Virus record (IMG/VR): IMGVR_UViG_3300037247_000710
Coordinates: 1-52,130 of that record
DNA length: 52,130 nucleotides
DNA from: a virus
Taxonomy: Duplodnaviria; Caudoviricetes
Direction: 5' to 3' (one strand)
The number at the start of each line of letters is the position of its first letter. Within the stretch, counting starts at the first letter, position 1. The translations under genes were made by a program, and so were the position numbers. The notes under the pieces were generated by a model. It had not been told where the DNA came from, searched no databases, and saw nothing but the letters and a program-made list of their open reading frames with translations. Shown piece by piece: positions 39,024 through 46,794 of this stretch.

Positions 39024-39190
39024 GTAGGAGTGACAATCCGTTCAAGGTAGGTGAGACGGTCAGCATCAAACGTGGTGCTGGCTGGCTCACCGGCACTGTC
39101 ATCAAGACGATACTGGCACGAGTGCACATCCAGATCGACGACATGGTGTACGTCGAAGACTGGCACGAGTGCAAACGAGGAACAGAGTAA
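39020..39190 (+). CDS. 56-aa SH3/KOW-like protein; not in ORF track
   Basis: MSRSDNPFKVGETVSIKRGAGWLTGTVIK...; ATGA and TAATG couplings. Confidence 0.6.
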   Translation: MSRSDNPFKVGETVSIKRGAGWLTGTVIKTILARVHIQIDDMVYVEDWHECKRGTE

Positions 39191-39423
39191 TGCTAACCCA
39201 AGACATGATTGATGAGATGGGCCTCGCGGTGTACGAACAGGCGCAGGAGATATTCAAAGACTGCGGTGCTGCCGACGACTTCTGTCATCAAACCGGATTG
39301 GTATTCGGCAGCACTAACCGAATCAAATTAACGATACGCGGATGGGATGTGGAGGCATCCCACTGCACCGAAAAATTCCTAGATGCATTTGACCGCATCG
39401 CATACACGAGGATGTGTTCGTAA
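39190..39423 (+). CDS. Hypothetical protein
   Basis: Start refined to MLTQDM (TAATG coupling). Confidence 0.6.
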   Translation: MLTQDMIDEMGLAVYEQAQEIFKDCGAADDFCHQTGLVFGSTNRIKLTIRGWDVEASHCTEKFLDAFDRIAYTRMCS

Positions 39424-40445
39424 TGACCAGACAACGCACCAACAAACCCGGCTCGCTGGGTCCTGCATTCCACACATGGTTGGAGTGGTTGGAGCACATC
39501 GAGTACGTCCTGCTTGGCACGGGACCGATGAAGGGCAAGCCCAAGTACATGGCAATGAACGACACACTGTTCCAGCAGGAAAGTGATGAGTCATTCAATG
39601 CGATGATGAAGGAGTGCATGCCGGTCGATGCCTACAACGCACGCGTCGTTCGCTCATCAACGAAGTACAAGATGGACGTCAGTGTGATGATGGACATGAT
39701 CGGCAAGTACCGGGCCGAGCTGGATTACATCCGCAACACGCGCCCCATTAACCTGCCATTCGAATGGTGCACGCTCGTGATCACTGGCTACGGTGATGAC
39801 GACATCCTAGTGTGCCTGACCGAGACCGACCCCCGTGATGGCAACGACTATCCCGAACTGAACATCGGGGCAGGCGACAAGTTCATCGACTGCAACATCG
39901 CATTCTACCGACAGACCGGCATCGAGATGCTGGACGGTAAGATCGACAAGGGTCAGCGGCTGAGCTACTGCCCGGTCGAGCTACACTTTAATAAGGGACT
40001 GCTTGAAGAGGATTCAGTGTTCCTGCATGCAGTCGCCAAGGGTGTCACCGTCACTCCAAAGGGCAAGGCTGTCGTTGATTTGATACGCACCATGGTCCTG
40101 ATCTGGATCAACTCATTCCACTTGGCAGCGATGCTGCGACACAAGCAGGTCGGACTGCCTGCCGCACACGGTCACAGGATCAAGCGCAAGCGACTGCGCA
40201 AGAAAAGGAATCACCCACACTTCGAACACTTCATCGTTGAGATGGAAGTCGATGAACCTGACGCTCAGCAAACAGGGGTGTCGATGTATCAACCACGCAA
40301 GAGGCTGCATCAGGTGCGCGGATTCTTCCGACACTACAAGACAGGCAAGGTGTCATGGGTCCGGGCGCACTGGCGCGGAGACGAGGCTATAGGCGTCGTG
40401 AAGAAGGATTACGAACTAACACTACACGAGGAGCAAAGCACATGA
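39414..40445 (+). CDS. Phage protein with basic C-terminal HxVRGxxR...WVxxHWRG motif
   Basis: 343-aa ORF; RLHQVRGFFRHYKTGKVSWVRAHWRGD. Confidence 0.75.
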   Translation: MFVMTRQRTNKPGSLGPAFHTWLEWLEHIEYVLLGTGPMKGKPKYMAMNDTLFQQESDESFNAMMKECMPVDAYNARVVRSSTKYKMDVSVMMDMIGKYRAELDYIRNTRPINLPFEWCTLVITGYGDDDILVCLTETDPRDGNDYPELNIGAGDKFIDCNIAFYRQTGIEMLDGKIDKGQRLSYCPVELHFNKGLLEEDSVFLHAVAKGVTVTPKGKAVVDLIRTMVLIWINSFHLAAMLRHKQVGLPAAHGHRIKRKRLRKKRNHPHFEHFIVEMEVDEPDAQQTGVSMYQPRKRLHQVRGFFRHYKTGKVSWVRAHWRGDEAIGVVKKDYELTLHEEQST

Positions 40446-40699
40446 GTAAGACACTGAAAGAAGAACGCGACAGCTGGGAAAGCAACGAGAGCAAGACACA
40501 GATTACGCATTTCGAAATAAAACACCGGGAGGCGTACGTCACCATACTGGTCGAAGGAGTCTCAGGTGCGAATGATGATACGACCCTGTACTACGACATG
40601 ATCCGCTACTTCAAGATCGGCGACGACTGGGTCACCAGTTGTGATGTCCGGTCGGGCAGTGCACACGACATCATGCGCAAGTTCGCAGATATTATTTAA
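40442..40699 (+). CDS. Hypothetical protein
   Basis: Start refined to MSKTLK; RBS GAGGAG. Confidence 0.65.
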   Translation: MSKTLKEERDSWESNESKTQITHFEIKHREAYVTILVEGVSGANDDTTLYYDMIRYFKIGDDWVTSCDVRSGSAHDIMRKFADII

Positions 40700-40723
40700 C
40701 GCAAGCAAAAAAGGAGCAAGACA

Positions 40724-40876
40724 ATGGGTAATGAACTGACAATCAGAGTAAACGAAGGCGACGAAGAGTTCGACAACGAAGCAATCGATAAGATCCTGCA
40801 GGTGTTGCAGGATGCCGAAGAAGAAGGCGTGCTTGACTTCGCCTTCAACGTAACCCGCAACCAGTACCCGAGGTGA
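40724..40876 (+). CDS. 50-aa acidic protein; not in ORF track
   Basis: AGGAGCAAGAC-A-ATG leader; MGNELTIRVNEGDEEFDNEAIDKILQVLQDAEEEG... Confidence 0.7.
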   Translation: MGNELTIRVNEGDEEFDNEAIDKILQVLQDAEEEGVLDFAFNVTRNQYPR

Positions 40877-40881
40877 CTGAC

Positions 40882-41070
40882 ATGCCAACTTTACAAGTAC
40901 GAGTTTCGACCGTAGTCGTGAAGGAGTACACGTACGAAGGTATTTCATTCGATGAGGAAGAAGACTACTGCGAAGACGCGAAGGAGCAGATGCAAGCTGA
41001 TCTCCAAAGCGACGATTGGGATACCTCGCACTCGGACGTACGCATACACTGGGAAGGAGAAGAAGGATGA
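40882..41070 (+). CDS. 62-aa highly acidic protein
   Basis: RBS GAGGT; FDEEEDYCEDAKEQMQADLQSDDWD. Confidence 0.65.
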   Translation: MPTLQVRVSTVVVKEYTYEGISFDEEEDYCEDAKEQMQADLQSDDWDTSHSDVRIHWEGEEG

Positions 41071-41285
41071 AGAGACTAACGATGTTAGTGGTGCTGTTCG
41101 CACTAGCTGCATCAGCGGCGACAGAACAGCCGTACACACTCGTGCTCATAACACCGGGCAAACACTTCAAAGCACAACTATGGAAGTACGAGACTCTGAG
41201 AGAGTGTACGAACGACGGTGCCAGAGTCCTGACTGATCAGGATATCTACATCGGTTTCGGTTGCATCATAGAGGAGGATTTGTAA
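41067..41285 (+). CDS. Small exported protein
   Basis: Signal peptide MKRLTMLVVLFALAASA; two Cys. Confidence 0.6.
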   Translation: MKRLTMLVVLFALAASAATEQPYTLVLITPGKHFKAQLWKYETLRECTNDGARVLTDQDIYIGFGCIIEEDL

Positions 41286-41446
41286 TGGCATTCGTACCGT
41301 TCACCAGTCTGATCATCTACATGCTCATAGCACTGGGGTGCGTGCTGATTGCAACACGCTACCTGATGCTGGGGATTGCAGGACTGTTGTTGCTCCTGAT
41401 CCCCATCGAGGTGCTGGTCAGGATAGGTACCATGGTCCTCAGTTGA
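41285..41446 (+). CDS. Small membrane protein
   Basis: 53 aa, almost entirely hydrophobic; RBS GAGGAGG. Confidence 0.55.
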   Translation: MAFVPFTSLIIYMLIALGCVLIATRYLMLGIAGLLLLLIPIEVLVRIGTMVLS

Positions 41447-41471
41447 CACAGGAGCGCAGATGTGCAACAAT
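41443..41471 (+). promoter_or_regulatory. sigma70-like promoter with operator (41446-41465)
   Basis: TTGACA-N17-AACAAT with TGn; ACACAGGAGCGCAGATGTGC. Confidence 0.6.
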
Positions 41472-41476
41472 GAAAA

Positions 41477-41608
41477 TGAGTGGTGGGGTAGCTATCAGAA
41501 CCCTGCCGTTGATCCCGCGAGAGAAGCGGAGCTACTGACCCTTAATGGCGAGGCACCGAAGATTGATGACCGGGGTAGGAACAACAGGAGCGTTGATCCC
41601 ACCACTCA
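41477..41608 (+). ncRNA. Candidate structured RNA / leader
   Basis: 11-bp closing stem TGAGTGGTGGG/CCCACCACTCA starting at the predicted TSS and followed by a T-run; internal stems. Confidence 0.5.
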
Positions 41609-41641
41609 CGTTTTTTAACCGTAAGAAAAGGAGTACTACCA

Positions 41642-42391
41642 ATGTTAATGTTTACAAATGACGACAACGTCGTAACCCGGCAGTCCCTGTCGAACTTCGA
41701 TGACAAAGCACTCGCACTGCATACCCGCTCGCACAAGCCCGTACCTTTCTCGCAAGGCATCGACCTCGTACAGGACGTTGCTGAGAAGCAGGGTTTCCGC
41801 TTCGGCGAAGAGCAGTACGTACTGGCTCGCAACGACACGCAGTTGTTCGGCCTGATCGAGATCGTGAACTTCACCAGTGACGAGAGCAAGTTCTGCCTTG
41901 GTATTCGCAGCGCACTCAACAAGTCGCTGAGCTGGCAGGCTTGCCTTGGTGAGGCGCTTTCGATCTGCACCAACCTTGACCTGTTCGGCAGCGTCGTGTT
42001 GAAGCGCAAGCAGACCACGTTCATCATGAATGATCTGCGCGCCATGCTCAGTAACTTCATGGGCGGAGTCACGCAGTCAATCGAAGACCGGGCTGTACAG
42101 GTTGCACGGTACAAGCAGGCGCAGCTGCAGGATTCGACAGCGAATCACACTATCATCCAGATGCTGCGAACTGGTATCATCAACACGCAACGAGTCGAGA
42201 AAGTTGTTAACGAATATTACGAGCCGACTCATGCAGAGCACCTGAACGAGGATGGCGAACGTACTAACTGGACGCTGTTCAACGCTGCCACCGAAGCGTT
42301 CAAAGGCTCACCGATCAGCACCTATACCGAGCGGTCACAGAAGCTTCACGACCTCATCGGTAAGGCAACGGACTACGCACTGGCAGCATAG
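41642..42391 (+). CDS. DUF932-like phage/plasmid protein
   Basis: H.PVP...LGIRS..NKS...G....ICTNL...WTLFNAATE. Confidence 0.7.
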   Translation: MLMFTNDDNVVTRQSLSNFDDKALALHTRSHKPVPFSQGIDLVQDVAEKQGFRFGEEQYVLARNDTQLFGLIEIVNFTSDESKFCLGIRSALNKSLSWQACLGEALSICTNLDLFGSVVLKRKQTTFIMNDLRAMLSNFMGGVTQSIEDRAVQVARYKQAQLQDSTANHTIIQMLRTGIINTQRVEKVVNEYYEPTHAEHLNEDGERTNWTLFNAATEAFKGSPISTYTERSQKLHDLIGKATDYALAA

Positions 42392-42406
42392 TGTTGTAGT
42401 GCTCCT

Positions 42407-42444
42407 GCCCCCCGGATCTCGCGAGAGTGATGGGGGGTTTTTTT
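42407..42444 (+). terminator. Rho-independent terminator
   Basis: GCCCCCC...GGGGGGT stem followed by T-run. Confidence 0.75.
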
Positions 42445-42526
42445 ATTCCCCGGCTGTGTGATCGAGCAGGGATCCCCCCATTTAACATAATCCTGACTTT
42501 ACATAATGTCCCCAAAATGCCCCGAT

Positions 42527-42555
42527 TTGACACGGGAGCGCTTTTGCTGTAAAGT
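42527..42555 (+). promoter_or_regulatory. sigma70-like promoter with operator half-site (42530-42549)
   Basis: TTGACA-N17-TAAAGT; ACACGGGAGCGCT; two TTxACATAAT boxes upstream. Confidence 0.7.
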
Positions 42556-42605
42556 GGTACTCCTTATATACGAACGGCGAAATCGCCCACAAACAGGAGC
42601 AAGAC

Positions 42606-44090
42606 ATGGTCACACTTTCCCCCTTCCAACAAGCGGTCATCGACTGGGTCACGGCGCACATCACCGTCCCCGGTGCCTTGGTCGTTGAAGCAGTCGCTGG
42701 CAGCGGCAAGACCTTCACCATCGTAAAGGCAGCGCAGCTGATCCCCGCATCGGCGAAGGCTGTCTTCCTCGCCTTCAATAAAAAGATCGCCACCGAGCTG
42801 GGCACCAAGCTGCCCGACCACGTCGAGAGCAAGACGCTCAACGCGCTGGGCTGGGCACTGTGCCGTTACCGTCTCGGCAAGCACATCACCGTCGAACGCA
42901 ACAAGACTCGCGACCTCATCCAGAAGCACCTGCCCGAAGAGGCGCGTGAGGTGATGGCGGAACTCCTGAATATCATCGCTAAGGCAAAGTCGCACGGGCT
43001 CATCCCGCCGCGCATGAAGACTCCCCGTGGCACGTACGAGGCAACCGACGAGAAGTGGCGCAACCTGATGGACCGCTACGACGTTGACCCCAACGGCTGC
43101 GGGGAGCCCACCTTCCTTACATGGGCGAACCTGATCCTCCGCAAGGGGCTCGAAGAGCAGAACGTCTTCGACTTCGATGACCAGCTGTACATGCCGGTCG
43201 CACTGGACCTGCCCGCATGGGGCTACGAGTGGATCATCATCGATGAGGCGCAAGACGTCAGCCACGTACAGCGCACCCTGCTTCGCAAGTTCCTGAAGAG
43301 CAACGGTAAGCTGATCGCAGTCGGCGATTCGCATCAAGCCATCTACGGATTCCGGGGCGCTGACTCCCAGTCGCTCGCCAACATTGGCCGAGTGTTCAAG
43401 GCCGATACGCTGCCGCTCTCGATCAGCTACCGGTGCCCGCGCAAGGTCGTTGAGATCGCACAGCAGTTCGTGCCGCACATCACCTGCAGCGACACTGCCG
43501 AAGACGGCGAGATCCTGAACCCCACTGACTGGGCAGTCGAATCCTTCAGCGACGACGACCTCGTCGTATCGCGCACGACCGCACCGCTGATCGAGCTTGC
43601 ATACAAGTGCATCAGCGAAGGCAAGAAGGTCCACGTCTTAGGCCGGGAGATCGGCAAAGGTCTGATCAACGTCATCAAGAAGGCAGGCGGCAAACGCATC
43701 TCGACAATCGAAGAGCTGCGCCCGAAGCTGGACCGCTGGCAGGATCGCATGGTCCGCAAGGCCGAGAAGGATGAGGCGAAGATCGCAGCGATTCAGGACA
43801 AGGTGGATTGCATCAACATCCTGAGCGCAGGGCTCGACACGATCAAGCAGCTGATCGATGCCATCGAAGCGATCTTCAGCAACGATGCATCGGGAACCAT
43901 ACTGGCAACCATCCACAAGGCCAAAGGTCTTGAGGCACCGCGAGTATTCATCCTGAACCCGGACAGCATGCCCTCACGTTGGGCACGGCAAGAATGGCAG
44001 ATGGAACAGGAGCGCAACCTGCAGTACGTCGCAGTGACCCGAGCGCTTGAGACTCTCGTTTACTTACCACTGGAGGTGGTCGGGGCATAA
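42606..44090 (+). CDS. UvrD/Rep-like SF1 helicase
   Basis: AVAGSGKT, LAFNK, IDEAQD, VGD..QAIYGFRGA, SYRCP, TIHKAKGLE, YVAVTRA. Confidence 0.9.
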   Translation: MVTLSPFQQAVIDWVTAHITVPGALVVEAVAGSGKTFTIVKAAQLIPASAKAVFLAFNKKIATELGTKLPDHVESKTLNALGWALCRYRLGKHITVERNKTRDLIQKHLPEEAREVMAELLNIIAKAKSHGLIPPRMKTPRGTYEATDEKWRNLMDRYDVDPNGCGEPTFLTWANLILRKGLEEQNVFDFDDQLYMPVALDLPAWGYEWIIIDEAQDVSHVQRTLLRKFLKSNGKLIAVGDSHQAIYGFRGADSQSLANIGRVFKADTLPLSISYRCPRKVVEIAQQFVPHITCSDTAEDGEILNPTDWAVESFSDDDLVVSRTTAPLIELAYKCISEGKKVHVLGREIGKGLINVIKKAGGKRISTIEELRPKLDRWQDRMVRKAEKDEAKIAAIQDKVDCINILSAGLDTIKQLIDAIEAIFSNDASGTILATIHKAKGLEAPRVFILNPDSMPSRWARQEWQMEQERNLQYVAVTRALETLVYLPLEVVGA

Positions 44091-44119
44091 GCCTCGACTC
44101 CCCGCAAAGGAGCACGACA

Positions 44120-44287
44120 ATGCCCGAACTGAAAGTAACGCACGTCAGCACGCGACCGCTCACTGATCGCGAGATCAAGGATCTGCAGTACCAGCAGGAT
44201 CACTGCTACAGCTGCGACACACCGTACGAAGGCAAGTATCAGATCTGCCCTCGTCCGACATGCAACAGTCACCAAGAGATTGGATAG
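44120..44287 (+). CDS. 55-aa zinc-ribbon protein; not in ORF track
   Basis: AGGAGCACGAC leader; CYSC...CPRPTC. Confidence 0.7.
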   Translation: MPELKVTHVSTRPLTDREIKDLQYQQDHCYSCDTPYEGKYQICPRPTCNSHQEIG

Positions 44288-44297
44288 GAGCACGACA

Positions 44298-44489
44298 ATG
44301 CCAAAAGCAAAAGTAATCAAGACAGTGAAATGCATCCCGACGTGGAAGGCTGCAGCCAGCATCTACATCACGGCGATAGTTAACGGTACCCCTGAGGGTC
44401 AACAGGCCGGGATCGCAGGTGTCCACGAGATGGCGGAGCACCTTGACCGCATCAACGAGGAAAACAAGAGTGACACTGACGAAGGCTGA
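44298..44489 (+). CDS. Hypothetical protein (63 aa)
   Basis: AGGAGCACGAC leader; start MPKAKV. Confidence 0.7.
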   Translation: MPKAKVIKTVKCIPTWKAAASIYITAIVNGTPEGQQAGIAGVHEMAEHLDRINEENKSDTDEG

Positions 44490-44521
44490 ATGCCCGAAAG
44501 CGCCGAGGGGCGCTATGTCAC
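44470..44521 (+). ncRNA. Type I hammerhead ribozyme
   Basis: GTGACA-CTGACGA-AGGC tgaat GCCC-GAAA-GCGCC gagg GGCGC-TA-TGTCAC: complete core, stems I-III; predicted cut after A44515. Confidence 0.8.
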
Positions 44522-44540
44522 AAAAGCAAAGGAGCACGAC

Positions 44541-44996
44541 ATGTTAAAAGTTTATCACTATGCAGGACTGACCGACGACGAGCGCAAGCAAGTCAACGGC
44601 AACAACGGTGGCTGGGATTGTAGCCCGCGCATTCGGCGCTATGCCGCAATCACGATGTCCGCCAAACCTGAAGCAGTAATCGATGGACTGATCGAGCGCG
44701 AGTATCACCTCGTCGCAGTTGTCGATTCTGGTGACCTCGAAGATGGTTTCCGGTACACCAATCACATCGATATGGACTGGACTTTGAATAGTCTGGTTAC
44801 CCCGGTCCCCGGTGCAAGCAAGCGCAGCACCTCAGTCGGCGACATCATCGTACGTGACGGTGCTACTTACATCGTCGCAGGTAGCGGGTTCACACTGCTG
44901 GGCGAGATCCCGAAGCCACGACCGCTGGGGCGTATCGAGTATCTGAAAATTGTTCCCGGCTACGACGGCGAACCTGACATCGAGGTGCAAACATGA
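44541..44996 (+). CDS. YodL-like protein
   Basis: AGGAGCACGAC leader; Y.LVA.V...LE..F..TN...RSTSVGDII...Y.V...GF. Confidence 0.7.
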   Translation: MLKVYHYAGLTDDERKQVNGNNGGWDCSPRIRRYAAITMSAKPEAVIDGLIEREYHLVAVVDSGDLEDGFRYTNHIDMDWTLNSLVTPVPGASKRSTSVGDIIVRDGATYIVAGSGFTLLGEIPKPRPLGRIEYLKIVPGYDGEPDIEVQT

Positions 44997-45259
44997 ATGA
45001 GGAAATCCAAGTCGAAGTGTTGACCGCTGACTATCAGCGAAACGGCGTCGGTGGTGAGGGATTTTACGCGGCAACGATACGCTGCGACAACGAATCCCTG
45101 CTGGCGACGATAGCCTACAAGAATGACGGCGAGACGTTCGATGACTGCAGCTGCAGAGTAGTTGACCCGCTGGACCTGACCTGCCACTACCGTGGTGACC
45201 GCATCGGAGCGGCACTAATTCCGAAACTTACGAAGTATCTAGAGGAGCACAACAAATGA
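44993..45259 (+). CDS. Hypothetical protein
   Basis: RBS GAGGT; ATGA coupling. Confidence 0.7.
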   Translation: MNEEIQVEVLTADYQRNGVGGEGFYAATIRCDNESLLATIAYKNDGETFDDCSCRVVDPLDLTCHYRGDRIGAALIPKLTKYLEEHNK

Positions 45260-45696
45260 AACGCTACAGCGTAAAGTTAGTCCGCAGGCTGGATCAGTCT
45301 GCAGTCGTGTCGGTTGACGCCGATAACGCGAGTGATGCCGCGCACAAGGGCATCGAAATGACCCCGCTATTCTGGCGAACGGACGTAACCGAATCGACGT
45401 ACTACGAGTCGGTCAAAGAGATCGTCGAACCGACGCCCGAGCCCGAGTCGAAAGAGAAAAACATCACGACTAAGATCTACACTTACGACGTGGAACTGGA
45501 CGTGAGTTACGACGGTGGTGACCTCGTGTCATCGTGTTTTGTCAGCAAGCAAAGAGGGCGCACAAAGTACTGCAGCTCGCTGGCATTGCTGGATGATCAA
45601 GGTACGATTGAAGGCGACAACTGGGGCGACGTGATCCAAGTGCCGGATAAAGTAGTTAAGAAAATCTACGCATGGGCGGAGGAAAACGGCTACTGA
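45256..45696 (+). CDS. Hypothetical protein
   Basis: AGGAGCACAAC leader; last gene before terminator. Confidence 0.7.
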   Translation: MKRYSVKLVRRLDQSAVVSVDADNASDAAHKGIEMTPLFWRTDVTESTYYESVKEIVEPTPEPESKEKNITTKIYTYDVELDVSYDGGDLVSSCFVSKQRGRTKYCSSLALLDDQGTIEGDNWGDVIQVPDKVVKKIYAWAEENGY

Positions 45697-45724
45697 TAAA
45701 TCCGCGCAGACTTTGGGCAATTGG

Positions 45725-45754
45725 AGACGCGTGCAAGTTGGCGCGTCTTTTTTT
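45725..45754 (+). terminator. Rho-independent terminator
   Basis: AGACGCGT-loop-GCGCGTCT followed by T-run. Confidence 0.75.
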
Positions 45755-45809
45755 GTGCATGCTACATGTACACGGCAGCACGAAATCCGCGCATCGGTGC
45801 ACGGGAGCG

Positions 45810-46035
45810 GCACGATTGCAGCACGATTGCAGATGGATTGCAGAATAAGTATTTGAAAACATTCGCGATTGCAGGATTGCAGGATTGTTGTATTAAAAGA
45901 GGGTAGGAGGGGAGGAGGGAAAGAGAGTACACGCGTGAAACTACTACTACTCTATAACAATCCTACAATCTACAATCCATCCACTTAACTAACTGATACT
46001 TATACTCGCATTGCGATTGCAGGAATTGCAATTCA
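45810..46035. repeat. GATTGCA / TACAATC repeat cluster, candidate replication origin or genome-end region
   Basis: GATTGCA at 45814, 45825, 45836, 45867, 45875, 46015; inverted ACAATC copies within 45957-45977; purine tract and CTA repeats between. Confidence 0.6.
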
Positions 46036-46222
46036 AAAACAACCCGCATAGGTAAGCCGTTCCCGCGTGTTGCGTAGCCGTGGAATGCACGCGTGCAAAA
46101 CAGATCACGAGAGCTGCCGCGATGCATCGGCGCTGTCAATACTTGTGCAGCGGTATATGCATATCCACCGCACCGCTACCGTGGAATGCCTAGCACAGTC
46201 GCGGACGTCAGTCAAGCTGGTG

Positions 46223-46458
46223 TTAACATAATGCACCCCGGACTGGGCACCATCCGACTTCACATAATCTGGGATTTAGTTCTTGACACGGTAGCGCTAA
46301 CGTGCTAAAATCCATGGGCGGGTCTGGGGCCGTATCCGTTTTTCCTCCTATTTGACATAATACCTGCCCTGCTGGGCTGGAGCCCGCACGGGCATTGGCT
46401 ACTTAACATAATGCCTATTTGACATAATACGCAAATGAATTCGGAGATTTGACATAAT
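46223..46458 (+). repeat. Cluster of six TTRACATAAT-type boxes
   Basis: Copies at 46223, 46259, 46352, 46403, 46419, 46449. Confidence 0.85.
46283..46311 (+). promoter_or_regulatory. sigma70-like promoter with operator (46286-46305)
   Basis: TTGACA-N17-TAAAAT with TGn; ACACGGTAGCGCTAACGTGC. Confidence 0.75.
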
Positions 46459-46461
46459 GAC

Positions 46462-46490
46462 TTGACAAGCGCTCCCGTGTATGATATGCT
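46462..46490 (+). promoter_or_regulatory. sigma70-like promoter with operator half-site
   Basis: TTGACA-N17-TATGCT with TGn; AGCGCTCCCGTGT in spacer. Confidence 0.75.
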
Positions 46491-46536
46491 GGACTCCTTA
46501 TATACGACGAAAACGAAAATCCAAAAGGAGCACGAC

Positions 46537-46794
46537 ATGATTAGAACGATAACTTTAAAGACCGGCGGCAAATGCGCGAAGTGCGGACACGAGTTACATG
46601 CAGGCGGACGGGCTCGCTGGACACCTCACAAAATCTTTTGTCTTTCCAATGCGCATCACGGACACGCGACCGCTGGCGAGTACCGGGCGCGAATCAATAT
46701 CGCCACCGGCACCGTCCACTTCGAATTCGCCATGGGGAAAATTACCGACGACGAACGCGACGCCAGACTGGCTGATTTGCTAGGAGGAAAATAA
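46537..46794 (+). CDS. Small zinc-binding protein
   Basis: AGGAGCACGAC leader; GKCAKCG..L..G....W....FC. Confidence 0.7.
   Translation: MIRTITLKTGGKCAKCGHELHAGGRARWTPHKIFCLSNAHHGHATAGEYRARINIATGTVHFEFAMGKITDDERDARLADLLGGK

Noticed and set aside
41477-41608. Retron msr-msd or a known riboswitch
   Set aside because: Closing inverted repeat is present, but there is no reverse transcriptase and no recognisable aptamer consensus
42354-42389. - strand ORF downstream of AGGAGCACTAC
   Set aside because: Only 11 codons, 12-nt SD spacing, antisense to the DUF932-like gene; the antisense-seed reading is preferred
46223-46458. CRISPR array
   Set aside because: Repeats are only about 10 bp with irregular spacing; no cas operon, and the Cas4-like nuclease sits in the replication module
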